Notes under the pieces: model-generated
Databases searched by the model: none
The model's input: only the letters and a program-made list of their open reading frames with translations
Told to the model about the DNA's origin: nothing
DNA from: an uncultured Solirubrobacterales bacterium
GTDB lineage: Bacteria > Actinomycetota > Thermoleophilia > Solirubrobacterales > 70-9
Reading direction: 5' to 3'
DNA length: 64,000 bases
NCBI GenBank assembly: GCA_963730145.1
Contig: CAVSQT010000006.1
Coordinates: 48,430 to 112,429, forward strand
Shown: positions 10,498-20,606 of the stretch, piece by piece
Position numbering within the stretch: the stretch's first letter is position 1
Layout: every line of letters starts with the position of its first letter
Position numbers and translations under genes: made by a program

Positions 10498-12718
10498 TCA
10501 CTGATGTGCAGCAGGGGTGACGCCCTCGACCCGCTCCGCCAGCGAGCTCCAGGCGCGCTCGGCGTCCTCGAGCGCGACATCGATCTCCGTCTCCCCGGCG
10601 GAGATCGAGATCCGCTCGCCCGAGGCCGCTCCGATCACGAACACGTCGACGCCATCGTCCGCCAGCGCTGCGAGCTTCTCGCGCTCGCCCGCGAGCAGGA
10701 AGCCGCCCGGGCCCTCGCCGAACAGCGCCGTCTCGCCCGAGCAGCCGCGCTGTTCGACGAGCTCGTCGAGGTCGGCTTCGACCCCGACCCCGCCGGCGAT
10801 CGCCATCTCGGCGAGCGCGCAGGCGAGGCCGCCGTCGCTGATGTCGTGCGCGGCCGAAACCGCGCCGTCTCGCACCGCCTCGCGCACCGCCGCGATCGCG
10901 GCGTTGACATCTGCGACCGCGATCGTGGGCAGCCCGGGGCCGAGCTCGCCGCGAAGCTTCGCCAGCTCGGAGCCCGCCAGAGACGGGGAGAAAGGGCCGC
11001 AGAGCGCGATCGCGTCGCCGTCGCGCAGCGCCAATCCGCCCGCGCGAGTGACATCGGGCAGCTCGCCGACGAGGCCGACCACCGGCGTCGGGTAGATCGG
11101 CCCGCTCTCGGTCTCGTTGTAGAGCGAGACGTTGCCGCCGACCACGGGTATCGCGAGCTCGTTGCAGACGTCGGCGAGGCCCTGAACCGCGCGCTCGAGC
11201 TGCCAGGCGACGTGGGGCTTCTCGGGATTGCCGAAGTTGAGGCAGTTCGTCAGCCCGAGCGGCTCGGCACCGACGCAGGCGAGGTTCTGCGCGCATTCGA
11301 GCACCGCTTCGATCGTCCCGGCGTAGGGATCGCAGGCCACCCGGCGGCCGTTGCCGTCGATCGCCATCGCGATCGCCGAGCCCGCCTCGGGCAGCGCCAG
11401 GACCGCGGCGTCGGCGGATTCGGGCCGGCGCACCGTCCGCGAGCCGACGATCGAGTCGTACTGCTCGAAAGCCCACCGCTTGCTGGCGATGTTCGATGAG
11501 CCCAAAAGCGCCAAGAAGAGATCGCCCGCAGCGGCCGGAACCTCGGCAATCGGACCCTCGCTGCCGTAGATCCAATCGATCGGGCTCTTCCGGCTCCAGG
11601 TCGTAGAGCGGGCAGCCGTCGACCAGGGCCTCGACCGGCATCTCGCCGACGACCTCGTCGCCGCGCAGGACGCGAACCTGGCCGGAGTCGGTGACTTCGC
11701 CGATCGCGGCGGCGCCCGTCTGCCATTTCTCACACAGCGCGATGACTCGGTCGACGTTGTCGGGCTCGACCACAGCCAGCATCCGCTCTTGCGACTCGGA
11801 GACCATGATCTCGAACGGCTCCATGTCGTCCTCACGCAGCGGCACCCGGGCCACGTCGACGTCGATCCCCAGCCCGCCCGCCGAGGCCATCTCGGCGCCC
11901 GACGACGTCAGCCCGGCCGCGCCGAGGTCCTGCAGCGACACCAGCAGGCCCTGTTCGAGCAGCTCGAGACAGCACTCGAGCAGCTTCGACTCCTCGAACG
12001 GGTCGCCGATCTGAACCGTCGGGCGCTTCGACTCGTCGCCCTCCTCGAGCTCCGCAGACGCCAGCACCGAGGCGCCGCCGATGCCATCGCGACCCGTGGA
12101 TGCTCCCATCAGCACCAGCGTGTTGCCGGGCCCGGCCGCGGCGGCGCGGACCATCGAGTCCGCTCGGGCGAAGCCGACGCACATCGCATTGACGAGGCAG
12201 TTCTGCTCGTACGGCGGCTCGAAGTAGACCTCGCCACCGACCGTGGGCACGCCGATCGAGTTGCCGTAGTGACCGATGCCTGCGACGACGTGGTCGAACA
12301 GGTAGCGCGAGCGCCGCGAGTCCAGCTCGCCGAAGCGCAGCGAGTCGAGGATCGCGATCGGCCGAGCGCCGAGAGCGAAGACGTCGCGCATGATGCCGCC
12401 GACGCCGGTTGCCGCGCCCTGGAAGGGCTCGACGGCGCTGGGATGGTTGTGCGACTCGACCTTGAAGGCCACCGCCCAGCCATCGCCGATCGAGACCGCC
12501 CCGGCGTTCTCCCCGGGCCCCATGAGCACCCGCGGGCCCTCGGTCGGCAGCCGGCGCAGCAGCTTCTTCGAGTGCTTGTAGGCGCAGTGCTCGGACCACA
12601 GCAGGCTGAACATCGCCAGCTCGACGTCGTTGGGCTCGCGCCCGAGCTTGCGGTTGATCAGCTCGAACTCCGCATCGGTGAGCCCGAGCTCGCGGTGCTT
12701 TGCCGCGGAGGCCGTCAA
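10498..12718 (-). CDS. purL: Phosphoribosylformylglycinamidine synthase subunit PurL (one frameshift near 11590)
   Basis: LWSEHCAYKHSK, VESHNHPS, GGIMRDV and DLGAAGL in ORF 10118-12718, then continuation in ORF 10498-11835. Confidence 0.9.
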
Positions 12719-12842
12719 GAAGCGCCGGAAGTGCTGTCAGCCGGGTCGGGCAAGGCGTGCAGTATCGCGGGTCTGCACGTCGTCTTTCATCGCGGGGTCG
12801 CGAGCGCGCCTTTCGGGTGCGACTCGTGTTGTGATCGAGGCA

Positions 12843-14044
12843 ATGGTCAGCAGCAGGCAGAAACGTCGCGCTCGCGCTCGCGCTCGTTGCCCTCGTGGCG
12901 CTCACGGCCCCCGCGGGCACGAGCGCCGGCAAGCCGAATCCCGCCGTGCCCGAGGCCACCGTCGATTCGACCGGCAACAACTCCGAGCTCGTCTCGAGCG
13001 TGCCGATCGCGACCTCGCCGGGGCTCAGCGACACGGTCGTGATGTCGGTGGGTCCCGACGACCTGCCGCGGCTCGAGGCGGGCGACCGTCTCGAGGTCTC
13101 GAGCGAAGTCCAGGTGTCGACGACATGCGTGGTGCCCGGGCAACGGTGCGTCGGCAGCAGCTACACGTTCAGCCCGACGATCACCGCGCGCATCGTGCTC
13201 TCGTCGTCGACGGACCCGGCCGCCGCCGCGATCCCGCTTTCGGAGGTCAAGCAGGTGCGCTGCAAGCAGCGCCGCCCGCAGCGAAATCATCACTGCACGC
13301 TCGCCTTTCCCAACCTGCAGACGTCGATAGGCGATCCGGCGACGCTGCCCTGTCCCGACAACGCCTGCTACGTCAACCTGATCCTCTCGGCCTCGAACAA
13401 GCGCGCCGCCAAGGGCGACGTCGTCGTCATGGGCGCCGATCGCCCCGACGGCTCGGTCAAGCGCGACAAGGGCCGTCTCAACGTCGTCCACTCGCGCGTC
13501 GACACTCCGGGGCCGGCCGAGCTCTCGAGCACGACGCCGGTCAGCACCAGCCTGCCGCTGAACGAGGGCAAGGTCCTCAAGCGCCGGGTGATCTACTCGG
13601 TGGAGATCCCCGCACCGAAGAAGGGCGAGGTCCTCACCGCCGACGGCAGCTTCGTCTCGACCATCGACAACCTCCCGTTCAACACCTTCATCTCCTCGCG
13701 CGTGATCGTGGCCGAGACGCCGACCTCGATCGAGCCCGCCGGCCTGGCGACATCGTCGTCTCAGTTCGGCGGCGACCTCACGGAGACCAACGGCTTCAAC
13801 TGCACCCAGGGTGCGAGCGGCTTCGCCACGCCCTGCACCACGGTCAAGGCGGGCGCCGCCCGGATCACCCGCGACGCGGTCGTCGATACTGCCGGCACCC
13901 CGGCAACCTTGTACGTGAACTTGATCGCCTCGGCCAAGCCGTTGCTGTATCCGATGCAGCGACTGAAGAAGTTTCACCGGGTCGACGGTCACGCCCGGCA
14001 GCGGGCTGCGCGTCCTGCGCTACACCCCGCCCCTGCCCCAGTAA
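12843..14044 (+). CDS. Secreted Cys-rich hypothetical protein (two frameshifts)
   Basis: An ATG at 12843 and the signal-like [19 protein letters not shown] are in adjacent frames, separated by an AAA run. About 10 Cys in apparent pairs. The plausible C-terminus LRVLRYTPPLPQ-stop (TAA 14042-14044) is in another frame. I recognise no family. Confidence 0.5.
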
Positions 14045-14049
14045 CTGCC

Positions 14050-14808
14050 TCAGTCCGCTGCGACCCAGCCCTTCGAGGCGTCTGCGGTCGTGGTCACGTC
14101 GGCGACGACGACAGAGACGTTGTCCTTGCCCCCGGCGTCGAGCGCCAGGTCGACCAGCGTCTGTGCGGCTGACCCGCGCCGAGGCCTCCAGCAGCGCGCG
14201 AGCGAACCGCAGCCTCGTCGACGAGGTCTGTGAGACCGTCCGAGCACAGCAGGAGCCGGTCGCCGGCTCGAGCCGGCACCGTGGCGATCGTCGGACGCCG
14301 GTCCGCCTGACCATCGAGGACGGCCGTCACGACCGAGCGCTGCGGATGGGTGCGCGCCGCCTCCTCGTCCAGTGCTCCGCTGTCGATCAGCTCCTGGACG
14401 TAGCTGTCGTCGCGGGTGAGGCGCGTCAGCGAGCCGTCGCGCAGCAGGTAGGCCCGGGAGTCACCGAGGTTGCCGACCGCGTAGTTGTCATCGGCGACAG
14501 CGACGGCGGTTACCGTCGTGCTCATCCCGGCCGTTTCGGGATCGGCAGTCCGAGATGAAGCCGACGCTCGCGTTTCCCGACGACACCGCCCCCTCCAAAG
14601 CGGTCGCGAGCGAGCCGTCCAGCCGGCACTTGTCGAGCAGGATGAGCTGGTCGATCACCGCCGCGCTGGCCACCTCGCCGGCCGCCGCACCGCCGACGCC
14701 GTCTGCGACGGCGACCAGCCGGGGGCTGGCGTAGACACTGTCCTCGTTGTGTGACCGAACGAGGCCGGTGTGGGTGCTGACGGCGGGTTCCAGGGCGAGG
14801 ATCGTCAT
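14050..14808 (-). CDS. PP2C-family Ser/Thr phosphatase (two frameshifts)
   Basis: HTGLVRSHNEDS, VADGVGG, GDSRAYL, LLLCSDGL, and DAGGKDNVSVVV at the C-terminus. Confidence 0.8.
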
Positions 14809-14842
14809 CGCGCAAACCGTATCGTCCCGACCGGCAAAGCTG

Positions 14843-16282
14843 TCAGCGACAGCTCTCGCCGGCACAGCGCGAGAGCGCGTCGAGGCGCTCGCCGAGCTCG
14901 CCGACGAGGTCATCGCGCGCTGGGTCGGCGGCGAGATCGTCGAGCTGGCGCGGGTCCGAAGCCATGTCGAAGAGTTGCTCACCGCCCTCGGCGTAACGGG
15001 CGTACATGAGGTCGCCGCGACGGATTGCCTCGTAGCGGCGCTGACCGACGAGGTACTCCAGCATCACCTCGCGCTCAGGCTGGGTCTCACCGGATGCGTA
15101 AGGCAGCAGCGAGACGCCATCGGCCTCGAGGCCGGCCTCGGCCGAAGCGAGCTCGACGATCGTCGGCGCGAGGTCGATGTTGGCGACGAGCTGGTCGCTC
15201 GTCTCGCCGCTGGGAAAGCCGGGGCCGCGAACGATCAGCGGCACTCGCGCCGACTCCTCGTAGGGCAGCTCCTTGCCGAGCAGCCCGTGCTCGCCGAGCA
15301 GGAAGCCGTTGTCGGAGGTGAAGATGAAGACGGTGTCGTCGAGGCTGTCGCTCGCACTCAGCTTCGCCACCAGGTCGGCGACCATCTCGTCGACCGCGAG
15401 CAGGCTCTCGAGCCGTCCGCGCGCGACAGCCTCGAGCTCACCGGCAGCGATCCGCTCGCGCGTCGTCCGCGCTCGAGCAGCCAATGCCTCGGGCAACTCC
15501 TCACCGCTCTCGGAACCTGCCAGCTCGGCCGGCAGCTCGTCGAAGGCGCCGAGGTGGCGTGGCGCCGGCCGCGGGTCGCGCGTGGCGCCGGTCTCCTCCT
15601 GGGAGCCCTCGCCGTGGGGGGCGAGGGGGGCGACGATCAGCAGGAATGGATTCGGGTTGCGGGTCGCCTCGCCCAGCACACCGACGGCCTTCTCGGTGAG
15701 CACGTCGGTCAGGTAGTCGGCGCGATCGTCGCCATAGGAGACGATCTCGCCGTTCTCGTTCAGCTCGTAGTCGTACATCTCGTGCTCGGTTCCGGCGGTC
15801 GCGGCGAACCAGTCGTCCCACCCGGGCGGAACCTCGTCCGCGCGGTTGCCCAGCGCGGCTGCCCCGTAGCCGTTGAGGTACTTGCCGACGAATGCCGTGC
15901 GGTAGCCGGCCCGCCGCAACCACACCGGCAGCGTCTCGGATCCGTCGAGCGCCGCGTATCCGCCTCGGGGCGGCTCGGCGGAGACGACGCCGTGGTTGTG
16001 GGCGTACTGGCCGGTGAGCAGGGTCGCGCGCGAGGGACAGCACTCCGGCGTCGTCGCGTAGCTGTTCGTGAACTCGAGCCCTTCGGCCGCGACGAGCCGC
16101 TGCAGCTGCGGCATCACCGCCGTCGAGGCGACGTCCTGGTCGTCGGTGATGACGACGACGATGTTCGGCTGCCGCGCGGGCGGGGCGCTCGAGTCGCCAT
16201 CGGAATCCTCAGAACAGGCGCTCAGGCCCGCCACGACCGCGGCGGCCAGCAGCGCCCGTGCGGCGCGAGACGGCGCCGCCAC
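14843..16282 (-). CDS. Cys-type (formylglycine) sulfatase, predicted lipoprotein, GlcNAc-6-sulfatase-like
   Basis: Intact ORF with VITDDQD and the CCPSRATLLTG (CxPxR) motif, plus a lipobox LSAC followed by an acidic linker. The start is chosen at GTG 16282, 4 nt after the upstream stop. The longest ORF starts at 16369 and would overlap the upstream gene by 83 nt. Confidence 0.85.
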   Translation of the reverse strand: MAAPSRAARALLAAAVVAGLSACSEDSDGDSSAPPARQPNIVVVITDDQDVASTAVMPQLQRLVAAEGLEFTNSYATTPECCPSRATLLTGQYAHNHGVVSAEPPRGGYAALDGSETLPVWLRRAGYRTAFVGKYLNGYGAAALGNRADEVPPGWDDWFAATAGTEHEMYDYELNENGEIVSYGDDRADYLTDVLTEKAVGVLGEATRNPNPFLLIVAPLAPHGEGSQEETGATRDPRPAPRHLGAFDELPAELAGSESGEELPEALAARARTTRERIAAGELEAVARGRLESLLAVDEMVADLVAKLSASDSLDDTVFIFTSDNGFLLGEHGLLGKELPYEESARVPLIVRGPGFPSGETSDQLVANIDLAPTIVELASAEAGLEADGVSLLPYASGETQPEREVMLEYLVGQRRYEAIRRGDLMYARYAEGGEQLFDMASDPRQLDDLAADPARDDLVGELGERLDALSRCAGESCR

Positions 16283-16286
16283 CGCC

Positions 16287-17297
16287 CTACGCGGTAGGCG
16301 CGGTCGCGCCCTTCGCGCCCTTTTCCTCGGCGCGCTTGCGGCCCGCGTCGGTGCTGAGCTCGTAGCCAAGCGTGACCAGCATGTCGCCGGCGACGGCCTC
16401 GTACTCGGCGACCTCCTCCGGTGACATCCGCTCGCGCCACATGTCGATGCGATCCGAGCGCGGCGGCTCCTTGGCGAGCCGATGGCTCTCGAGCCGCGTC
16501 TCGGCAGGCTGATCGGGACGATTCTTTCGCGGTAGGTCGCGTGCCTTCTCGGCCAGGCGGCCCTCGGCGCGCTCGTGGTAGTCGAGCATCACCGGGTCGA
16601 AGTCGAGCTCGATGAAATCGCAGACGCGACGCAGGACGCCCTCGGTGTCGCCGACGAGGTCCTCGAAGCGGACCTCCATGTAGTGGTTGACGTCGGGCGC
16701 CATCTTGCGCGCCTTGCGAATCCGGTTGCGCCACAGCCGCGCCGATTCCGCGTAGCTCTCGGGACCCCAGTTCATCCGCAGGTGCGAGAGCGAGACGTCG
16801 CGGCCGTCGCGGATGATGTGGACGAAGCGCGCTTCGGGCAGCACGCGCTGGATCCGGCGCATCTCCTTGACGTAGCCGGGGGTCTTGTCGCCATAGCGGG
16901 TCTTGCCCTCGCGCTCGGCGTAGGTCATGTAGAAGGTCCGGATCGCGTCGGCGGCGGTGACCGGGTCGAGGGCGACGATCTTCTCGCGCAGCTCGACCGC
17001 GTCGAGATGGAAGTCGCCCCAGCGCTTGTGGTCGATGACCAGGTTGGCCGCGTCCTCGCCGCTCTGCTTCGAGCGCTCGAAGGACTTGATCAGCTTCGGC
17101 ACCCAGTGGGTCTCGCCGGGGATCGCGACCTCGGGGTGAGAGTCGAGCATCAGCCGCAGCAGCGTCGTGCCCGAGCGCGTCACGCCGCAGACGAACGGCG
17201 CCGGCGGCGGCGTCTCAGAGCGCCCGCGCAGGCGGCTGCCGGCGCGGATGATCGACACCCGCTTGCGGTACTTGTCGATTGTGTCGCCGAGTGACAT
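16287..17297 (-). CDS. Sulfotransferase family protein (ST1)
   Basis: Intact 336 aa ORF. Has a 5-prime-PSB-like GVTRSGTTLLRLMLDSHP and a 3-prime-PB-like IIRDGRDVSLS, and is a paralogue of ST2-ST4. Confidence 0.8.
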   Translation of the reverse strand: MSLGDTIDKYRKRVSIIRAGSRLRGRSETPPPAPFVCGVTRSGTTLLRLMLDSHPEVAIPGETHWVPKLIKSFERSKQSGEDAANLVIDHKRWGDFHLDAVELREKIVALDPVTAADAIRTFYMTYAEREGKTRYGDKTPGYVKEMRRIQRVLPEARFVHIIRDGRDVSLSHLRMNWGPESYAESARLWRNRIRKARKMAPDVNHYMEVRFEDLVGDTEGVLRRVCDFIELDFDPVMLDYHERAEGRLAEKARDLPRKNRPDQPAETRLESHRLAKEPPRSDRIDMWRERMSPEEVAEYEAVAGDMLVTLGYELSTDAGRKRAEEKGAKGATAPTA

Positions 17298-17310
17298 GAA
17301 ACCGGGCAGG

Positions 17311-18436
17311 CTAGCCGGTATCGGCGAGCTCCAACAGCTCGCCGATCCCCGCCACGGTGTGCTCCCAGCGCCGTTCGGTGTCGCGCACGCGCACGGCGCC
17401 GGCCGCGAGCTCGGCTCGGTAGGAGTCGTCGCCGAGGCGCTCGATCGCCGCCGTCAGCTGATCGACATCGGGCTCGATCGCGGCGATTCCCGACTTCGCC
17501 GTCCCCTGCTCGCGCCCGCCGACGAGCAGCCCGTTGACGCCATCGTGGATCGCCTCGTCCATCGGCGGCGCCGCGTTCGTGATCGCGGGCTGGCCAAAGG
17601 CGATCGCCTCATACAACGGCAGTCCCAGCCCCTCCCAGCGAGCCGGCGCGACACAGACGTCGAAGCCCGCCAGCTCGCGCAGGTGCTCGGCGGTCGGCTG
17701 ATCGCCCACCCGAACCTCGATCCGCGAATCCCTGGCCGCTGCCTCCTCGGCCGGCCGCACCTGCTTACGCTCCACCTGAGCCTTGACGACCAATCGAAAC
17801 CGCGGATCCGTCGTCCTCTCAAACGCCTCCAGCACCGCCTCCAGCGGCTTGCGATGGCCCAAGAACCCACCCGGGAACACGAACCGAACCAAGTCAGACG
17901 ATGGGGAGGGTGAGGACCCGAACGATGCGAACGCCTCCTCGCCCTCCCACGACGGCAATCAGCTCGGGATGACACCCCCAAGGGACGTACGGGCTATCGA
18001 TCCCCATCGACGCGTACCGCTTCTGCTCTGCGCGGGTGAAGGAGAAGATCACGTCGAAAGCCTCCAGCGCCCCGGCGACGTGCTCGTCGGCGAAGTGCTC
18101 CCAGACGAAGCGGCCGATCGTCTTGACTCCGCGCGCGCGCAGCGAGGCGAGCTCGTCGAACTGGTAGTTCTGATCGCAGAAGATCGCCTCGATGCCGTTG
18201 GCGGCGACCCAGCTCTCGTACTCGCCGAGAGGGATGTCGTAGGCGGAGCCCTCGGTGACGCCGGGCTGGTCCCAGACGTCGTCGCGGTCGAGCGCCCCGG
18301 GTCGCGGGCCGCGCTCCTTCTTCGGCCGCGCCAGCACGAACGTCTCGTGGCCGAGCTCGTCGAGGGCGGACCGCGTTTGGCGGCCGACCACGGGCTGGCC
18401 GCGGTTGAACCACTTCGTGACGACGCCGACCTTCAC
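17311..18436 (-). CDS. GT4-type glycosyltransferase (GT1), one frameshift near 17950
   Basis: The N-terminus VKVGVVTKWFNRGQ...DELGHETFVLA and the C-terminal half CVAPARWEGLGLPLYEAIAFG (EX7E-type region) lie in two frames. The GTG start overlaps the GT2 stop (GTGA). Confidence 0.8.
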
Positions 18437-19529
18437 GAGACGCCGGCGAGAAGCGCGGAGAGCCCTTCCTTGGTTCGTTCCCAGCTGCGCTCGCCCTCGC
18501 GAAGCTCGCGGGCGCCCGGCGCTCAGGCGCTCGCGCTCGTCGGCATCGCCGAGGCGCTCGATCGCGGCGGTGAGCTGGTCGAAGTCGGGGTCGAAGGCAG
18601 GGATGCCCGAGCCGGCCTCGCCCCATGGGACCGAATCGACGCAGATCCCGTTGACGCCGTCGAGGACCACCTCGTTCATCGGCGGCGAGTCGTTGGTTAT
18701 CGACGGCATGCCGAAAGCGACCGCTTCGTAGAGCGGCAGACCGAGGCCCTCCCAGCGTGAGGGCGAGAGGCAGACGTCGCAGGACGCGAACTGGCGCAGG
18801 TGCTCGTCGGTGGGCCGGTCCTCGAGCTCGATCTACGACCCGCGTGTCGCCGCCGGCCGCCCGCTCGAGCTTGTTTGCCTTGCGATCGACCTGGCCGCGG
18901 ATCAGCAGCCGCAGGTGGTCGCCCTCGGCGCGAACGAACGACTCGACGATCTCCGGAAAAGGCTTGCGCTTGCCCATGAACGATCCGGGGACGACGAAGC
19001 GAACGAGACCGTCGCTCGTCCGTTGCTCCTCGCGACCTGCTCGGCGACCGCGATCAACTCGGGATGACATCCCCAGACCAGCAGCGGGCTCTCGATCCCG
19101 AGCGCTGCGATAGCGCTCCTGCTCGGCTTTCGTGAACGAGTAGATGACGTCGTATGCCTCGCTCGCGGGCGCGGCGTCGTCGGGGGCGAAGCTCTCCCAG
19201 ACGAAGCGGCCGATCGTCTTCACGCCGCTCGCTCGAACCGCCGCGATCTCGCTGAACTGATCGTTTTGGTCGCAGAGCACGACGTCGATCGAGTTGTCGC
19301 GCGTCCACGCCAGGTAGTCGGCCTCGGGGATGTCGGCTTCGCCGCTGTGCGTGACGCCCGGCTGGTCCCAGACCGGGTCGGTCACGCGCTCCTGCTGGGC
19401 TCTCGGGCCCTTGCCCTGCTTGGCGAGGATGAAGGTCTCGTGACCGAGCTCGTCCAGGGCCGAGCGAATCTGCCGCGACACAACCGCCTGCCCCGACGCA
19501 AACCATTTGGTGACGATCCCAACCCTCAA
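18433..19529 (-). CDS. GT4-type glycosyltransferase (GT2), paralogue of GT1, at least 3 frameshifts
   Basis: MRVGIVTKWFASGQ...DELGHETFILA, then VVPGSFMGKRKPF, then MPSITNDSPPMNEVVLDGVNG, in different frames. Confidence 0.75.
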
Positions 19530-19647
19530 CGTCAGCCACCACCGCAGCTCGAGCGGGTGGCACGGCAGAGGGGCCCCACCCGAGCACCCGCCGGGAGCGC
19601 AGGGTGGGGAGTCGCTGCCGCGACAGGACCCGCGAGCCGCAGCCCTC

Positions 19648-20592
19648 TCACGCCGCTTCGATCAGAGCCGTGGCTTTCTCGACCGCGTCAGGGCCCGTCG
19701 GGTAGCCGAGCTCGCTCAGCAGCTCCCCGGCGATCGCCTCGAACTCCTCGCGCTGCTCGGCGGTCATCTGCGTGCGCCAGCGCGCGACGCGGTCGGCGCT
19801 CGGCGGCTTCGTCGTCATCGCGTGGGTGGCCATGCGGCGCTCGACGCTGAGCTCCTTGGCGCGACCGTCGGCCGGCAACGCTCGTGCCATCTCCTTCAGC
19901 CGCTCGCCCGAGCGCTCGTGGTAGGAGAGCATCACGTCGTCCCACGGCAGCTCGATGAACTCACAGACCTTGCGAAGCACCGGCTCGGTATCGAGGATCA
20001 GGTCCTCGTAGCGGATCTCGATGTAGTGGTGCAGCTTCGGCGAGTCCTCGCGAGCCTTGGTGATCTTCTTCTGCCAGCGCCTGGCGATGTCGCCGGCCGT
20101 GAGATCGCGCACGGTGCGGTCGAGAACCGAGAGGGCGACATCGCGCCCGTCGCGGATCACGTGGACGAAGCGCGCCTCCGGCAGCGCCCGCTGGATCAGC
20201 TTCATCTTCTGCACGTAGGTCGGCGTCTTCTCTCCCCAGCGCGGCTTGCCCTGCTGCTCGGAGTAGGCGTCGTAGAAGGTGCGAACCGCCGGTCCCGCCT
20301 TGACCGCGGGGAGCGCCCGCAGACGGCCGAGCATCTCCTCGTCGGAGAAGCCGAAGTCATCCCACTCGCGGGCCGACTTCATCGCCTCGAGGGCGCTCTC
20401 GGGGGTTGCGTCGTCTGCGCGCGCGGCCTTGATCAGGTCGGGCACGAAGTGCGTCTCCGGCGGGATCGTCAGGTCCGGATGGGCGTCGAGCATCATCCGC
20501 AGCAGCGTCGTCCCGGAGCGGTTCATGCCGACGACGAACGGGATCGGGTCACCGCTCGGCTCGTCACCTCGAAATCTCGACAGGATTCCCAT
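19648..20592 (-). CDS. Sulfotransferase family protein (ST2)
   Basis: Start taken at MGILSRF (ATG 20592). GMNRSGTTLLRMMLDAHP, EKTPTYV, VIRDGRDVALS. Intact. Confidence 0.8.
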   Translation of the reverse strand: MGILSRFRGDEPSGDPIPFVVGMNRSGTTLLRMMLDAHPDLTIPPETHFVPDLIKAARADDATPESALEAMKSAREWDDFGFSDEEMLGRLRALPAVKAGPAVRTFYDAYSEQQGKPRWGEKTPTYVQKMKLIQRALPEARFVHVIRDGRDVALSVLDRTVRDLTAGDIARRWQKKITKAREDSPKLHHYIEIRYEDLILDTEPVLRKVCEFIELPWDDVMLSYHERSGERLKEMARALPADGRAKELSVERRMATHAMTTKPPSADRVARWRTQMTAEQREEFEAIAGELLSELGYPTGPDAVEKATALIEAA

Positions 20593-20606
20593 AGAAGGCG
20601 AAAAGG

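Noticed and set aside
12719-12842. A possible purine, ZTP or other riboswitch upstream of purL. The same was considered at 25430-25522, upstream of purC.
   Set aside because: Only a short generic hairpin (GTCGC...GCGAC) is present. I could not find the conserved cores of the purine or ZTP riboswitches by eye. A covariance-model search would be needed before claiming anything.
16283-16369. An N-terminal 29 aa extension of the sulfatase that overlaps the ST1 C-terminus by 83 nt.
   Set aside because: The extension is Arg/Ala/Pro-rich with no signal function. The internal GTG at 16282 gives a canonical short lipoprotein signal and removes the overlap.
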